A stretch of DNA of 32,994 nt from Hydrurus foetidus (lineage: Eukaryota): positions 1 to 32,994 of the forward strand of contig UYFQ01000559.1 in the NCBI GenBank assembly GCA_900617105.1, read 5' to 3'. Below, piece after piece: positions 11,201 through 21,300 of the stretch (position 1 is its first letter; each line of letters opens with the position of its first letter). The notes beneath the pieces were generated by a model. That model did not search any database. It saw only the letters and a list, made by a program, of their open reading frames with translations, and was not told the origin of the DNA. The position numbers and the translations under genes were made by a program.

Positions 11201-14200
11201 CGGACACAACTCCATCCACCGCGGTCCAAGAACCTCCAGTCAATAATGACTTGGACGGGGCAAAACCCTCCAACACAGACAACCTGAGGCAGGGTGACAT
11301 GGTGTCTGGAGGTGCTTGTACACACAAGAATTGCACATCGCCATATGGGTGTTCGCAGATTCGAGTAGCGGCCGCTACCGACCCTGTTCAAGACGGGTCC
11401 GTCTTGCAAGTATGTGAGAAGTCAACAACCCACTTGACTTCTCCTCGACAAGATGGTTTAGAGCTCACGCTCGACAGAGAAAAGGAAGTAGCTATCCAAA
11501 TCTCCCCTTCCATAACTCCACCCCAAACATATGGCTTTGTCGCGGCTCTACTTAGGGAGAAGGAATATCTCCCTGAGGCTCAACCTTTCGGTCCGGAAGA
11601 AATTGACTACAAGTCAAAGGACACATTCGCTCCTTTTATGCTCTCAACGCACACATCCACGGATATCATAGACCTCATTCACATTGAAGGTACTCATGAG
11701 GAAATTGCACGGATTCGAGAAATATGTGTAAAACACATAGTCCTGTTCAAAAATGAACTTGGACCAGAACCGGCAAGAATACCACCATTTGATCTTCCCG
11801 TAATGGAGAAACAATGGAAGGTTCCCAAAAACAGACATGCATCACGCATACAGTCTACAAAAAGACAAACAGTTATACGAGAGCTAGTGACAACTATGCT
11901 CAAAGGTGGTATAATAGTAAAGTCAAATGCATCGCATTATTCTCAAGTAATCCTGGCACCCAAACCGGATGGTACCTTCCGATTTTGTATTGATTACCGT
12001 GGACTCAATGAAGCTACGGAATCTGCAAGTTGGCCAATACCAAATATAAGACTCATGTTAGGACGTCTTGGAGCTGCAAAAGCAGATACCTTTGGTGTAA
12101 TTGACCTCACAGCAGGCTACCACCAGGCACCAATAACGATGAGCACAAGAATTTATACAGCCTTCATTACATTCATGGGCATATATCACTTTACGAGACT
12201 TCCGTTTGGACCTAAACGCGCGCCATCATATTTTCAAGAAATGATGGCGTCAATAGTCTTAATAGGTCTTATCTACTTCATTTGTGAGGTGTACCTTGAC
12301 GACATCATAGTGTACGCAACAGGTCACTTACAATTCTGTGAACGATTGGAAATAATATTTCAACGTTTAGAAGAGAAGAATATTTCACTTAAAGCAGCTA
12401 AGTTAAAACTTGGTATGAAGAAAGTGGAATATGTCGGTAAAGAAATATCGAAGGATGGTATAACTATGAGTTCCAAAAAGATAAAAGGCGTGACCGACTT
12501 TCCGATGCCAAGAAAGACGACAGAAATGAGGTCGTTTCTCGGACTCACGAATTATTTTAGGGATCATGTACCGAACCACTCAAACGTAGTTGCTCCTCTA
12601 CAAAAGATGATCCTGCACGCATCCAAAAAGCAAACATTGCTAATATGGACCGACGAAGCAGCCGATGCATTCTATATGATTAAGCAACGTATTGCAGAGA
12701 GTCCCTTGCTATATTTCATACACGATACAGCCCCAATAACCTTAATGACTGATGCGTCAGATTACGGTATTGGAGGTTACTTGTATCAGGAAGTCGACGA
12801 GAAGAAACAACTCGTCGCTCTCGTAAGTAAGTCTCTTACCAAGACACAACTGAAGTGGTCGACAATACAAAAAGAAGCCTTCGCGCTCTATTATTGTTGT
12901 ACTTACCTCGACGCACTACTACGGGATCGTAAATTTACAATTCTCACGGACCATAAAAATCTTACCTTTATTGAAAAAGATAAAAATGAAATGGTTGGCA
13001 GATGGCGAGTCGCCCTGCAAGAATTGGATTATACGATAGGCTACGTACCAGGTAGAGAAAACGACATTGCAGACGCGATGTCACGCCTATGTTTAAACAG
13101 AATGGAAAAGAAATCCGGACTAATGTCATCACTACATGAAAAACAATTAACGACAAATGAGCAATATGAACTCATTGGAAGTTGTCACAACGCAACGGTC
13201 GGACATGGTGGTGTACAACGTACGTTACGGAACTTAAAAACAAAGAAGAAGGTGTGGCCGGGCATGAAAGAAGCAGTAAAAACTTTCATTAAAAATTGCC
13301 CTTGTTGCCAAAAGATGTCTGCAGTAAAAATACCAGTCAATTCTTACACTTATACTACTTCAACATACAAACCAATGGAATGTCTCAACATAGATTTCAT
13401 TGGACCATTTCCTGATAAAGGATACATTTTAGTCATGATTGACACATTTACACGATTCGTCGAACTATATGCAACAAAAGATGCAACCGCTAAGGCGGCA
13501 TGCACGGCATTAGTGGAACACGTCGGACGATACGGATCTCCAAGATTCCTTAGATCTGACAACGGTCCTCACTTTGCCAACCACGTTATTGAAGAATTTA
13601 CAAAACTCGCAGGCACAGTCCACGAGAAAATTCTCGCCTATTCTTCGGAACACAATTCAATTGTAGAAAGAATGAATAAGGAAGTTAACAGGCACATTCG
13701 AGCATATACGTATGACAGAGCAACAACAGAAAATTACCAAGAAATTCTACCATTTGTTCAACGTATATTAAATACAACAATTAATGATAGAACAAAAATT
13801 TCACCGGCACAAATCCTTTATGGAAATGCCATTAATATGGATGAAGGAATTTTAATCCCAAGAGGAGAAGTTAACCTCATACCAGAAAACATAACAATTT
13901 CATCTACAAATATGATAAAGATACAAAGTGATCTTATTCGAATTGCGGCAAGACTCCTTAAGGAATCTGATGATGAACACAATGAGAAACAAAACCCAGA
14001 AATAACACATTTCGAGGTAGGCTCATATGTACTCGTTACTCAACGCACACAGCCAGAGACACGCATGCACACATTGTGGCGCGGTCCTCTTCGAGTTCTA
14101 AGCAATAAGAAAGGAGAATATACGCTACTCAATCTTATTACTCTTAAGAATGTTAAATACCACATGTCACAATTAAAAACTTTCTTATTTAATCCACTGC

Positions 14201-14451
14201 ACACTGATCCAACAGATGTAGCACGTCGAGATTATTTAGAATTCTTCATCGAAGAGATCATAGATATGAGGGGAAATATTTCATCTTATGGAGCTTTAGA
14301 ATTTGAGGTCAAATGGCTCAATTATCCCTCAGAAAGTAATACCTGGGAACCGTGGCGAAGTCTAAGAAAAACAGACAAACTACACAATTTTCTTATAAGT
14401 AAGAATCTACGTCACCTAATTCCAAGAGAATTCAGGTTAGACTACGTCTAA
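8275..14451 (+). CDS. gag-pol: Gag-Pol polyprotein (Gag with CCHC knuckle, aspartic protease, RT, RNase H, integrase, chromodomain), ~2058 aa from the first ATG
   Basis: CHTCGRNGHNRYNC, AQIDTG, CIDYRGLN, YLDD, TDASDYGIG, TDHKNL, H..H..CPCC, DFIGP / SDNG / VERMN (DDE), WRGP, FEVKWLNYPSESNTWEP. The ORF track opens at TTG 8110; the first in-frame ATG is 8275. Confidence 0.96.
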   Translation: MEAQDILDKSASPGANTTSLGLPAATMLSIRKARKAEEKMRAENIARSKSLMARQAIKASATATRIPDEIAARNSERSSERKRIQDAQKTSDATTEDEVAMIAYVLEATNEDERREREICARSRPCSSTSVAKTIDVEGSPKGRPKRRRGGNEKDKKANEQDILDDAKSIESEPIPVRKSSRTTRVQTSMEVDLESGEDEEDEGDIENDDEINDNDDDNVIVAESVSDEDDRSSDESVESTSPEKRKTKSPPKLTKKISTRKKITVPQKTRKAEQSKTASAKESKEDVSKKTIPTQRPKPKTSAATSAALKLKTTEAARRRKVEEDIDDEQSDTSVLSDENYQQQRTLINMNEVFMLNAEKLLTDGPATIQAFHDQANLPNFKTHWKQIITENALVPIRFRLNGMKAVLGYTQPECSTWPVIRGVTLSIRQIAKDLTACFSQATRTSNTTYDCNEKIRAYKFAYDFADAYVEEASITRFEEIISLYYPDRTDLTPERENEICKAFYKKLPAENALGMKFLEATKTAIKKTKRDTIQDMYMRLSDHLNIARQCVNDAAELGNSRYRWTTPDSPTSEEAKRQRSSLSNASYSSNLHAVGFHPEEDTRAPPYKAIAKRQPEVHHYPGLDRNTKLCHTCGRNGHNRYNCRFHMNEHCNNSHKMWSESLMGLEWKRLGHKHFVIDAHLPSGGVSRERKQIHVPTNFEFPTDEEDIDMGNTQQKSNPRQGTSAPPYSKVKKPAYDDRRRSEFSIPPVSVAILPRIDLPRTRTLLSAILPEKVNDYLQVNISLPQISMAQDKTSALAKTTAHKQTPTTATATANATSERPSRATRRKKRKDPPAAPTSPTPQSRGMDALAQIDTGCEVGDVINRRVLEGLRGEHRLRDSDSPMWICSGLDNKCIESKSVLDIVVSFKKDSLKYIFSLPVRIAEDSEIDLIIGINTIKNLNLVKIMPEFFGHKNHTDPWTRIENSMVLTTNNLPDTTPSTAVQEPPVNNDLDGAKPSNTDNLRQGDMVSGGACTHKNCTSPYGCSQIRVAAATDPVQDGSVLQVCEKSTTHLTSPRQDGLELTLDREKEVAIQISPSITPPQTYGFVAALLREKEYLPEAQPFGPEEIDYKSKDTFAPFMLSTHTSTDIIDLIHIEGTHEEIARIREICVKHIVLFKNELGPEPARIPPFDLPVMEKQWKVPKNRHASRIQSTKRQTVIRELVTTMLKGGIIVKSNASHYSQVILAPKPDGTFRFCIDYRGLNEATESASWPIPNIRLMLGRLGAAKADTFGVIDLTAGYHQAPITMSTRIYTAFITFMGIYHFTRLPFGPKRAPSYFQEMMASIVLIGLIYFICEVYLDDIIVYATGHLQFCERLEIIFQRLEEKNISLKAAKLKLGMKKVEYVGKEISKDGITMSSKKIKGVTDFPMPRKTTEMRSFLGLTNYFRDHVPNHSNVVAPLQKMILHASKKQTLLIWTDEAADAFYMIKQRIAESPLLYFIHDTAPITLMTDASDYGIGGYLYQEVDEKKQLVALVSKSLTKTQLKWSTIQKEAFALYYCCTYLDALLRDRKFTILTDHKNLTFIEKDKNEMVGRWRVALQELDYTIGYVPGRENDIADAMSRLCLNRMEKKSGLMSSLHEKQLTTNEQYELIGSCHNATVGHGGVQRTLRNLKTKKKVWPGMKEAVKTFIKNCPCCQKMSAVKIPVNSYTYTTSTYKPMECLNIDFIGPFPDKGYILVMIDTFTRFVELYATKDATAKAACTALVEHVGRYGSPRFLRSDNGPHFANHVIEEFTKLAGTVHEKILAYSSEHNSIVERMNKEVNRHIRAYTYDRATTENYQEILPFVQRILNTTINDRTKISPAQILYGNAINMDEGILIPRGEVNLIPENITISSTNMIKIQSDLIRIAARLLKESDDEHNEKQNPEITHFEVGSYVLVTQRTQPETRMHTLWRGPLRVLSNKKGEYTLLNLITLKNVKYHMSQLKTFLFNPLHTDPTDVARRDYLEFFIEEIIDMRGNISSYGALEFEVKWLNYPSESNTWEPWRSLRKTDKLHNFLISKNLRHLIPREFRLDYV

Positions 14452-14650
14452 AAGACACAAAGGAGAACAACAATATCATTGATGATTCCCCCATTTTTTT
14501 GCGTCTCATCCGAGATGTTTTAGGAGGTTTAGTCAGTAGGCAATAATTTTTTTACTATTATTATTGAGTCTGACATAATTGTTGTTACTTAACATAGACT
14601 TACACGTAGTTTAGTATTTATCATAGAGTAACAAATCTAGCTTCTTCTTC

Positions 14651-14660
14651 GAGGAGGGGG
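14651..14660 (+). other. Polypurine tract of element C
   Basis: GAGGAGGGGG, 3 nt before the 3' LTR. Confidence 0.9.
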
Positions 14661-14663
14661 CAC

Positions 14664-14887
14664 TGTGACCCGTACACCGAGTATACCGGGTATACCGGGT
14701 TCGGGTACAAACGTACGCACGGTTCGGATCGAGGACGATCCGATCCATACGATTTGTTGCGTGATATCTGCTGTGCTTATCTGTAAGCTAATCACATTGC
14801 TATCCTTTAGCATCGTTCCCCAGCCATTTCACCTTTGCCCTCCGCCGTCCGGATTCCCGTTCCAGCCAAGGCCTCAGTGAGACCACA
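14664..14887 (+). repeat. 3' LTR of element C
   Basis: Direct repeat of 7491-7714, followed by the CTGG TSD. Confidence 0.97.
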
Positions 14888-14891
14888 CTGG

Positions 14892-15834
14892 TGTGTGCAA
14901 ATGCTGACGCTAAATCGGCAGCCGATTGCTTGCTTTCTCATTTTGGTCGATTTGGATCGCCAAATATGATAAGATCGGATCGAGGATCCCATTTCGTAAA
15001 GGGTTTGATCAAAGATTTTTTAGATCTTTGTGGTACACCACATAACTTAACCCTCTTATACTCAAAATAAGAGAATGAGATTGTTGAAAGAGTTAACAAA
15101 GAGGTAAACAAACACTTAAGAGGTCTCGTTTTTGATAAACAGACTCTAGAAGGATATGCTAAGTCAATCCCGTTTGTGCAACACATCATTAACAGTTCAG
15201 TTAATGGACACACTAAAGTTGCTCCCGCTCATTTATTACTCGACTTGAATCGTGGTATTCTAACACCACACTTAAGTGTGAATACACATTCGAGATCGAC
15301 ATACATTGAAGACTTGATCAGTGTGCAAGACAAGATCCTTGATTCAGCTGTTTAAGCTTTAATGACAGCAGATGCTAAACACGCGGCATCAGCTAAGTGT
15401 GCGACAGTGTTCCCTATTGGGACATATGTTTTATGTCGTTACACGGATCGACCACCAACTCGTTTACACACTACATGGCATGGCCCGTACCGTGTTATCT
15501 CTTATAAGGGGTCCGAGTATGTCCTTGCAAACCTTGTGACTTACAAAGAACGAAGTGTTCATGTCAAAAATTTAAAAATTTTCAATTATGACTCAGAGGT
15601 AGATGTACCTGCTGACACTGCTCGCCATGATTACATGGAATTTGTAGTTGAGAAGGTACTTAAACACACCGGTGATACAAAGAAACCAACAGCGATGTCA
15701 TTCCACGTGAAATGGCTTAACTATGATGATAGTCATAACTCATGGGAGCCGTAAAAAAACCTACGGCTTTGTGAAGCACTCCATGATTATTTAAGGGACA
15801 ATAAAATGAAGCATTTTATCCCCAAAAACCTTAA
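14892..15834 (+). pseudogene. pol: Remainder of element B pol (integrase core, GPY motif, chromodomain); last codons at 17144-17156
   Basis: CANADAKSAADCLLSHFGRFGSP..SDRGSHF..IVERVNKEVN, WHGPYRV, FHVKWLNYDDSHNSWEP. Aligns with the integrase of C. Stops at 15068, 15353 and 15752. Confidence 0.92.
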
Positions 15835-17139
15835 TGTCTACACTCCAGTTGTTTGTCCGACCGGTGGACATGGGCACTGTCCGACTGGTCGGACAGTGCT
15901 GACATATGACATTTTTGACTCCTTACATCATCTTATAGCTTAGAAATCGATTGCAATTAGTTGCCTAGCATTAAATTGACATGCTTGATGATATTGGAGC
16001 CTTTGGTCGAACAGAAAAAAACTAGTTATAGTCAAATAATATGTTTAATACGTTCTTTTAGTGCTCATACAGGACACTGATATATCAAACTTTTAGGAGC
16101 AAAAAAGGATTATACAACTGCAAGAACCATTGAAGAAGGGTCGAGTAGGTAAGATGCCATGAAGGCGACATCAAGGGCTGATAATATCATTTGTTTGAAG
16201 ACAGGTGGAGTACGCAGGAAAATCGACTCAATAAAAATATTGAGGGATACCCAAAACAGAGACTTTACACCAATATGCAATATCAAAACGATGATTCATA
16301 ACATATTTGATGCTCTGGAACGATACAAGTGACTGCATCGGAGAGATTCGCTTGAAATAGCCGTCCGAGGTGGAAATCTGAAATCGGTCCGAAATCGGTC
16401 GATGGGGCAAACGCTGACAGCTATAACTTCACTACAAAAGTGGCGCTTCCTCAGGCATCGATGGGAAACTGTTGAGGAAGTCCTGATCAATAGAAGCTTG
16501 AAAATTTCCTAGTCAGAATGGGCGTTGCTCGGAAATTATCAGGCTGCATTTCCTTGTGAAAATCGATTTGCATTTTAGATTGCAATCCTCACCATATTCC
16601 AATCGCTCCGCTATTACACCAATATTCCGTGATCTCCTTTTGGCGTTTGAACTTGATCATCATTTATGACACAAAATAATATGATCTGCAGGCACAGAAG
16701 TGAAGAAATTTCAGAGAAAATTTTGACAGAAGATTTCAGCCACAAATCGCCAAACCAAAGGAGCAATCAGCTATTGCGCTGTCGCCACATAACCAAAATT
16801 CGAGGCGATTGACTTTACCGGAGGGGAAACTGTTCATTGCACTCTGGCCAAACAGTCGACGTCGAAAATGATTCCAACACCTTAGAGATTCGCTTGGAAG
16901 TTAGACCATCGCCAAATTTGGCGAACCAGCGAGTTGATCCACTGCCCCAGTCCATATCTCAGCAAAGAAGTCTCCGTTTGAAGAGGTGAAGTTATGCCTT
17001 TGATCGGCACATTTGGAGCTATCGAATTCGCCGAGATACTGCTTCAAACTCATCGAATTGAGGAATATTTCATATGGGTAAAAATTGTCCGACCGGTCGG
17101 ACAAATGTCCTACCGGGTGGACGGCCTGGAGGATAGACA
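15835..17139. mobile_element. 1305-bp non-autonomous TIR DNA transposon inserted at TTAA
   Basis: TTAA-TGTCTACACTCCAG ... CTGGAGGATAGACA-TTAA. Removing it restores the pol end IPKNLKASV*. Subterminal TGTCCGACCGGTCGGACA-type palindromes at both ends; no long ORF. Confidence 0.88.
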
Positions 17140-17508
17140 TTAAGGCATCAGTCTAAGAAGACTGATCTCGAACGTATTATCTTTTGAAGATTTTGCCTAA
17201 TTTTCCCCTGATGGAGGTTTTATGGTTTTAGTCAGTAAGAATCTGACATAATTACGTATCGAGGCCTCGTGCACATGTATTTATGTACTAGGCACCCACC
17301 TCATCTCTTTGACCGACCCACCACGTTGTCTATTTTGTATAGATTTTTATTAGACTTTTATTTTATTTTTGTTCTATTTAAATTTGAGTTTTTCATTTTC
17401 GTAATCTCATCTTTCCGTTTTAATCTTTCTCTTCCATCTCTGTAGTTATCATTAGTTATATATATTTGTACAAAAATGTGGTGGTTGCATCATAGATTAG
17501 TTTTCTTC

Positions 17509-17532
17509 AGAAAAAGAGATAAGTGGAGGAAA
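17509..17532 (+). other. Polypurine tract of element B
   Basis: AGAAAAAGAGATAAGTGGAGGAAA directly before the 3' LTR. Confidence 0.8.
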
Positions 17533-17743
17533 TGTGGTCGTACCGGGTATACCGGGCCTGCGGGCCGTACCGGATCTAGTCACGATCCATCCGATCCGAT
17601 CCTTCCGCCTACTGTACACTTACATCCTTGCATACTGCTAGCCAGCTGCAGCCGTCTCGTAGAAGTTAAACCTAGCTTCTAGCTTAGCCTCTGTAACTAA
17701 CTAACACCTTTCCTACATCGACCTACCCTCCATCGGGACTACA
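17533..17743 (+). repeat. 3' LTR of element B (211 bp)
   Basis: TGTGGTCG...GGACTACA followed by the TGGG TSD. Confidence 0.95.
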
Positions 17744-17747
17744 TGGG

Positions 17748-18095
17748 CTAGAAAGTACACATTTGTCGTATTTGCGAGAAGGAGTTAGAAGTGACAAGAA
17801 TATTTAGGGAGGTGAATCCCTTACTAATAACTGTTAGCTTTAATCTTATGGATACAACAATTGGCCCTATGATAAACTCTAACGAATCAAACTATTATAT
17901 ATTTGCAGTAGCTTACACAAATCAGACACATTTCTAAGCTCAAATTCAATTGACACATGGTGTCTAAGAGTATGATGGAATATAATCATTGGGCTCTCTT
18001 CAAGAAATAGAAGCAAATGATCCTTTTCAAAGCAAAATAAAAAAGCTGTCAAATAAAAATTACAAAGCCCAAATGGTTTGGTACAAAAAGAAAAA
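17748..18095 (+). pseudogene. 3' half of the decayed USP/UCH-like cysteine protease gene
   Basis: Frame of 17764 reads CRICEKELEVTRIFREVNPLLITVSFN...YYIFAVAYTNQTHF*AQIQLTHGV*EYDGI, and a later segment reads AQMVWYKRK. This fits the USP His-box / YDG / C-terminal Y-x-R pattern. Confidence 0.55.
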
Positions 18096-18337
18096 TTAAT
18101 TTTCACGTGATGCAAAAAACAACACTGCTTATATTACTAAATATACATGTTCTACTTATCAAATGTAATATCAATAGGAAACAGTTAACAACTTCATAGA
18201 ATTTTGTTTCATTGAAGATGTTGTCAGAGCAACAGCATTCAAGCAGTATGTGCAATGTCGCATTGAAACACTTCAGCTGGATAAATAATCATACAACCTC
18301 GCAGTTATAAATAATTAATCGAGATGATATTTAATTA

Positions 18338-21300
18338 CGTTAACGGCTTGTATCGTGTACTCCATAAGTGTACAAACAGTATTCGCAATGTTGCTTATGA
18401 TAACTCTTCGTGGTTGAATAGATACACAACTTCGCAGGTACACAGTACTGCTATTTAAGTCATAATACTGTATTTGATAATGTATTAGATCAAATTAGAC
18501 GTTTAAATATCGTTGACGGCTTGTATTGTGTACTCCATAAGTGTACAAACAGTATTCGCAATGTTGCTTATGATAACTCTTCGTGGTTGAATACATACAC
18601 AACTTCGCAGGTACACAGTACTGCTATTTAAGTCATAATACTGTATATGATAATGTATTAGATCAAATTAGACGTTTAAATATCGTTGACGGCTTGTATT
18701 GTGTACTCCATAAGTGTACAAACAGTATTCGCAATGTTGCTTATGATAACTCTTCGTGGTTGAATAGATACACAACTTCGCAGGTACACAGTACTGCTAT
18801 TTAAGTCATAATACTGTATATGATAATGTATTAGATCAAATTAGACGTTTAAATATCGTTGACGGCTTGTATTGTGTACTCCATAAGTGTACAAACAGTA
18901 TTCGCAATGTTGCTTATGATAACTCTTCGTGGTTGAATAGATACACAACTTCGCAGGTACACAGTACTGCTATTTAAGTCATAATACTGTATATGATAAT
19001 GTATTAGATCAAATTAGACGTTTAAATATCGTTGACGGCTTGTATTGTGTACTCCATAAGTGTACAAACAGTATTCGCAATGTTGCTTATGATAACTCTT
19101 CGTGGTTGAATAGATACACAACTTCGCAGGTACACAGTACTGCTATTTAAGTCATAATACTGTATATGATAATGTATTAGATCAAATTAGACGTTTAAAT
19201 ATCGTTGACGGCTTGTATTGTGTACTCCATAAGTGTACAAACAGTATTCGCAATGTTGCTTATGATAACTCTTCGTGGTTGAATAGATACACAACTTCGC
19301 AGGTACACAGTACTGCTATTTAAGTCATAATACTGTATATAATAATGTATTAGATCAAATTAGACGTTTAAATATCGTTGACGGCTTGTATTGTGTACTC
19401 CATAAGTGTACAAACAGTATTCGCAATGTTGCTTATGATAACTCTTCGTGGTTGAATAGATACACAACTTCGCAGGTACACAGTACTGCTATTTAAGTCA
19501 TAATACTGTATATGATAATGTATTAGATCAAATTAGACGTTTAAATATCGTTGACGGCTTGTATTGTGTACTCCATAAGTGTACAAACAGTATTCGCAAT
19601 GTTGCTTATGATAACTCTTCGTGGTTGAATAGATACACAACTTCGCAGGTACACAGTACTGCTATTTAAGTCATAATACTGTATATGATAATGTATTAGA
19701 TCAAATTAGACGTTTAAATATCGTTGACGGCTTGTATTGTGTACTCCATAAGTGTACAAACAGTATTCGCAATGTTGCTTATGATAACTCTTCGTGGTTG
19801 AATAGATACACAACTTCGCAGGTACACAGTACTGCTATTTAAGTCATAATACTGTATATGATAATGTATTAGATCAAATTAGACGTTTAAATATCGTTGA
19901 CGGCTTGTATTGTGTACTCCATAAGTGTACAAACAGTATTCGCAATGTTGCTTATGATAACTCTTCGTGGTTGAATAGATACACAACTTCGCAGGTACAC
20001 AGTACTGCTATTTAAGTCATAATACTGTATATGATAATGTATTAGATCAAATTAGACGTTTAAATATCGTTGACGGCTTGTATTGTGTACTCCATAAGTG
20101 TACAAACAGTATTCGCAATGTTGCTTATGATAACTCTTCGTGGTTGAATAGATACACAACTTCGCAGGTACACAGTACTGCTATTTAAGTCATAATACTG
20201 TATATGATAATGTATTAGATCAAATTAGACGTTTAAATATCGTTGACGGCTTGTATTGTGTACTCCATAAGTGTACAAACAGTATTCGCAATGTTGCTTA
20301 TGATAACTCTTCGTGGTTGAATAGATACACAACTTCGCAGGTACACAGTACTGCTATTTAAGTCATAATACTGTATATAATAATGTATTAGATCAAATTA
20401 GACGTTTAAATATCGTTGACGGCTTGTATTGTGTACTCCATAAGTGTACAAACAGTATTCGCAATGTTGCTTATGATAACTCTTCGTGGTTGAATAGATA
20501 CACAACTTCGCAGGTACACAGTACTGCTATTTAAGTCATAATACTGTATATGATAATGTATTAGATCAAATTAGACGTTTAAATATCGTTGACGGCTTGT
20601 ATTGTGTACTCCATAAGTGTACAAACAGTATTCGCAATGTTGCTTATGATAACTCTTCGTGGTTGAATAGATACACAACTTCGCAGGTACACAGTACTGC
20701 TATTTAAGTCATAATACTGTATATGATAATGTATTAGATCAAATTAGACGTTTAAATATCGTTGACGGCTTGTATTGTGTACTCCATAAGTGTACAAACA
20801 GTATTCGCAATGTTGCTTATGATAACTCTTCGTGGTTGAATAGATACACAACTTCGCAGGTACACAGTACTGCTATTTAAGTCATAATACTGTATATAAT
20901 AATGTATTAGATCAAATTAGACGTTTAAATATCGTTGACGGCTTGTATTGTGTACTCCATAAGTGTACAAACAGTATTCGCAATGTTGCTTATGATAACT
21001 CTTCGTGGTTGAATAGATACACAACTTCGCAGGTACACAGTACTGCTATTTAAGTCATAATACTGTATATGATAATGTATTAGATCAAATTAGACGTTTA
21101 AATATCGTTGACGGCTTGTATTGTGTACTCCATAAGTGTACAAACAGTATTCGCAATGTTGCTTATGATAACTCTTCGTGGTTGAATAGATACACAACTT
21201 CGCAGGTACACAGTACTGCTATTTAAGTCATAATACTGTATATGATAATGTATTAGATCAAATTAGACGTTTAAATATCGTTGACGGCTTGTATTGTGTA

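Larger units (their letters stand above)
7491..14887 (+). mobile_element. Intact, recently inserted Ty3/Gypsy chromoviral LTR retrotransposon C (7397 bp) nested in the integrase of B
   Basis: 224-bp LTRs differing at one position by eye (A7515 vs G14688), TSD CTGG (7487-7490 / 14888-14891), PPT, one uninterrupted Gag-Pol ORF. Confidence 0.97.
2255..17743 (+). mobile_element. Degenerate Ty3/Gypsy chromoviral LTR retrotransposon B (host of two nested insertions)
   Basis: LTRs 2255-2492 and 17533-17743, TG...CA ends, TSD TGGG (2251-2254 / 17744-17747), PPT before the 3' LTR, domain order gag-PR-RT-RH-IN-chromodomain. Confidence 0.95.

Noticed and set aside
8283..13562. Minus-strand ORFs inside element C
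   Set aside because: Short antisense shadows of Gag-Pol with no recognisable domains.
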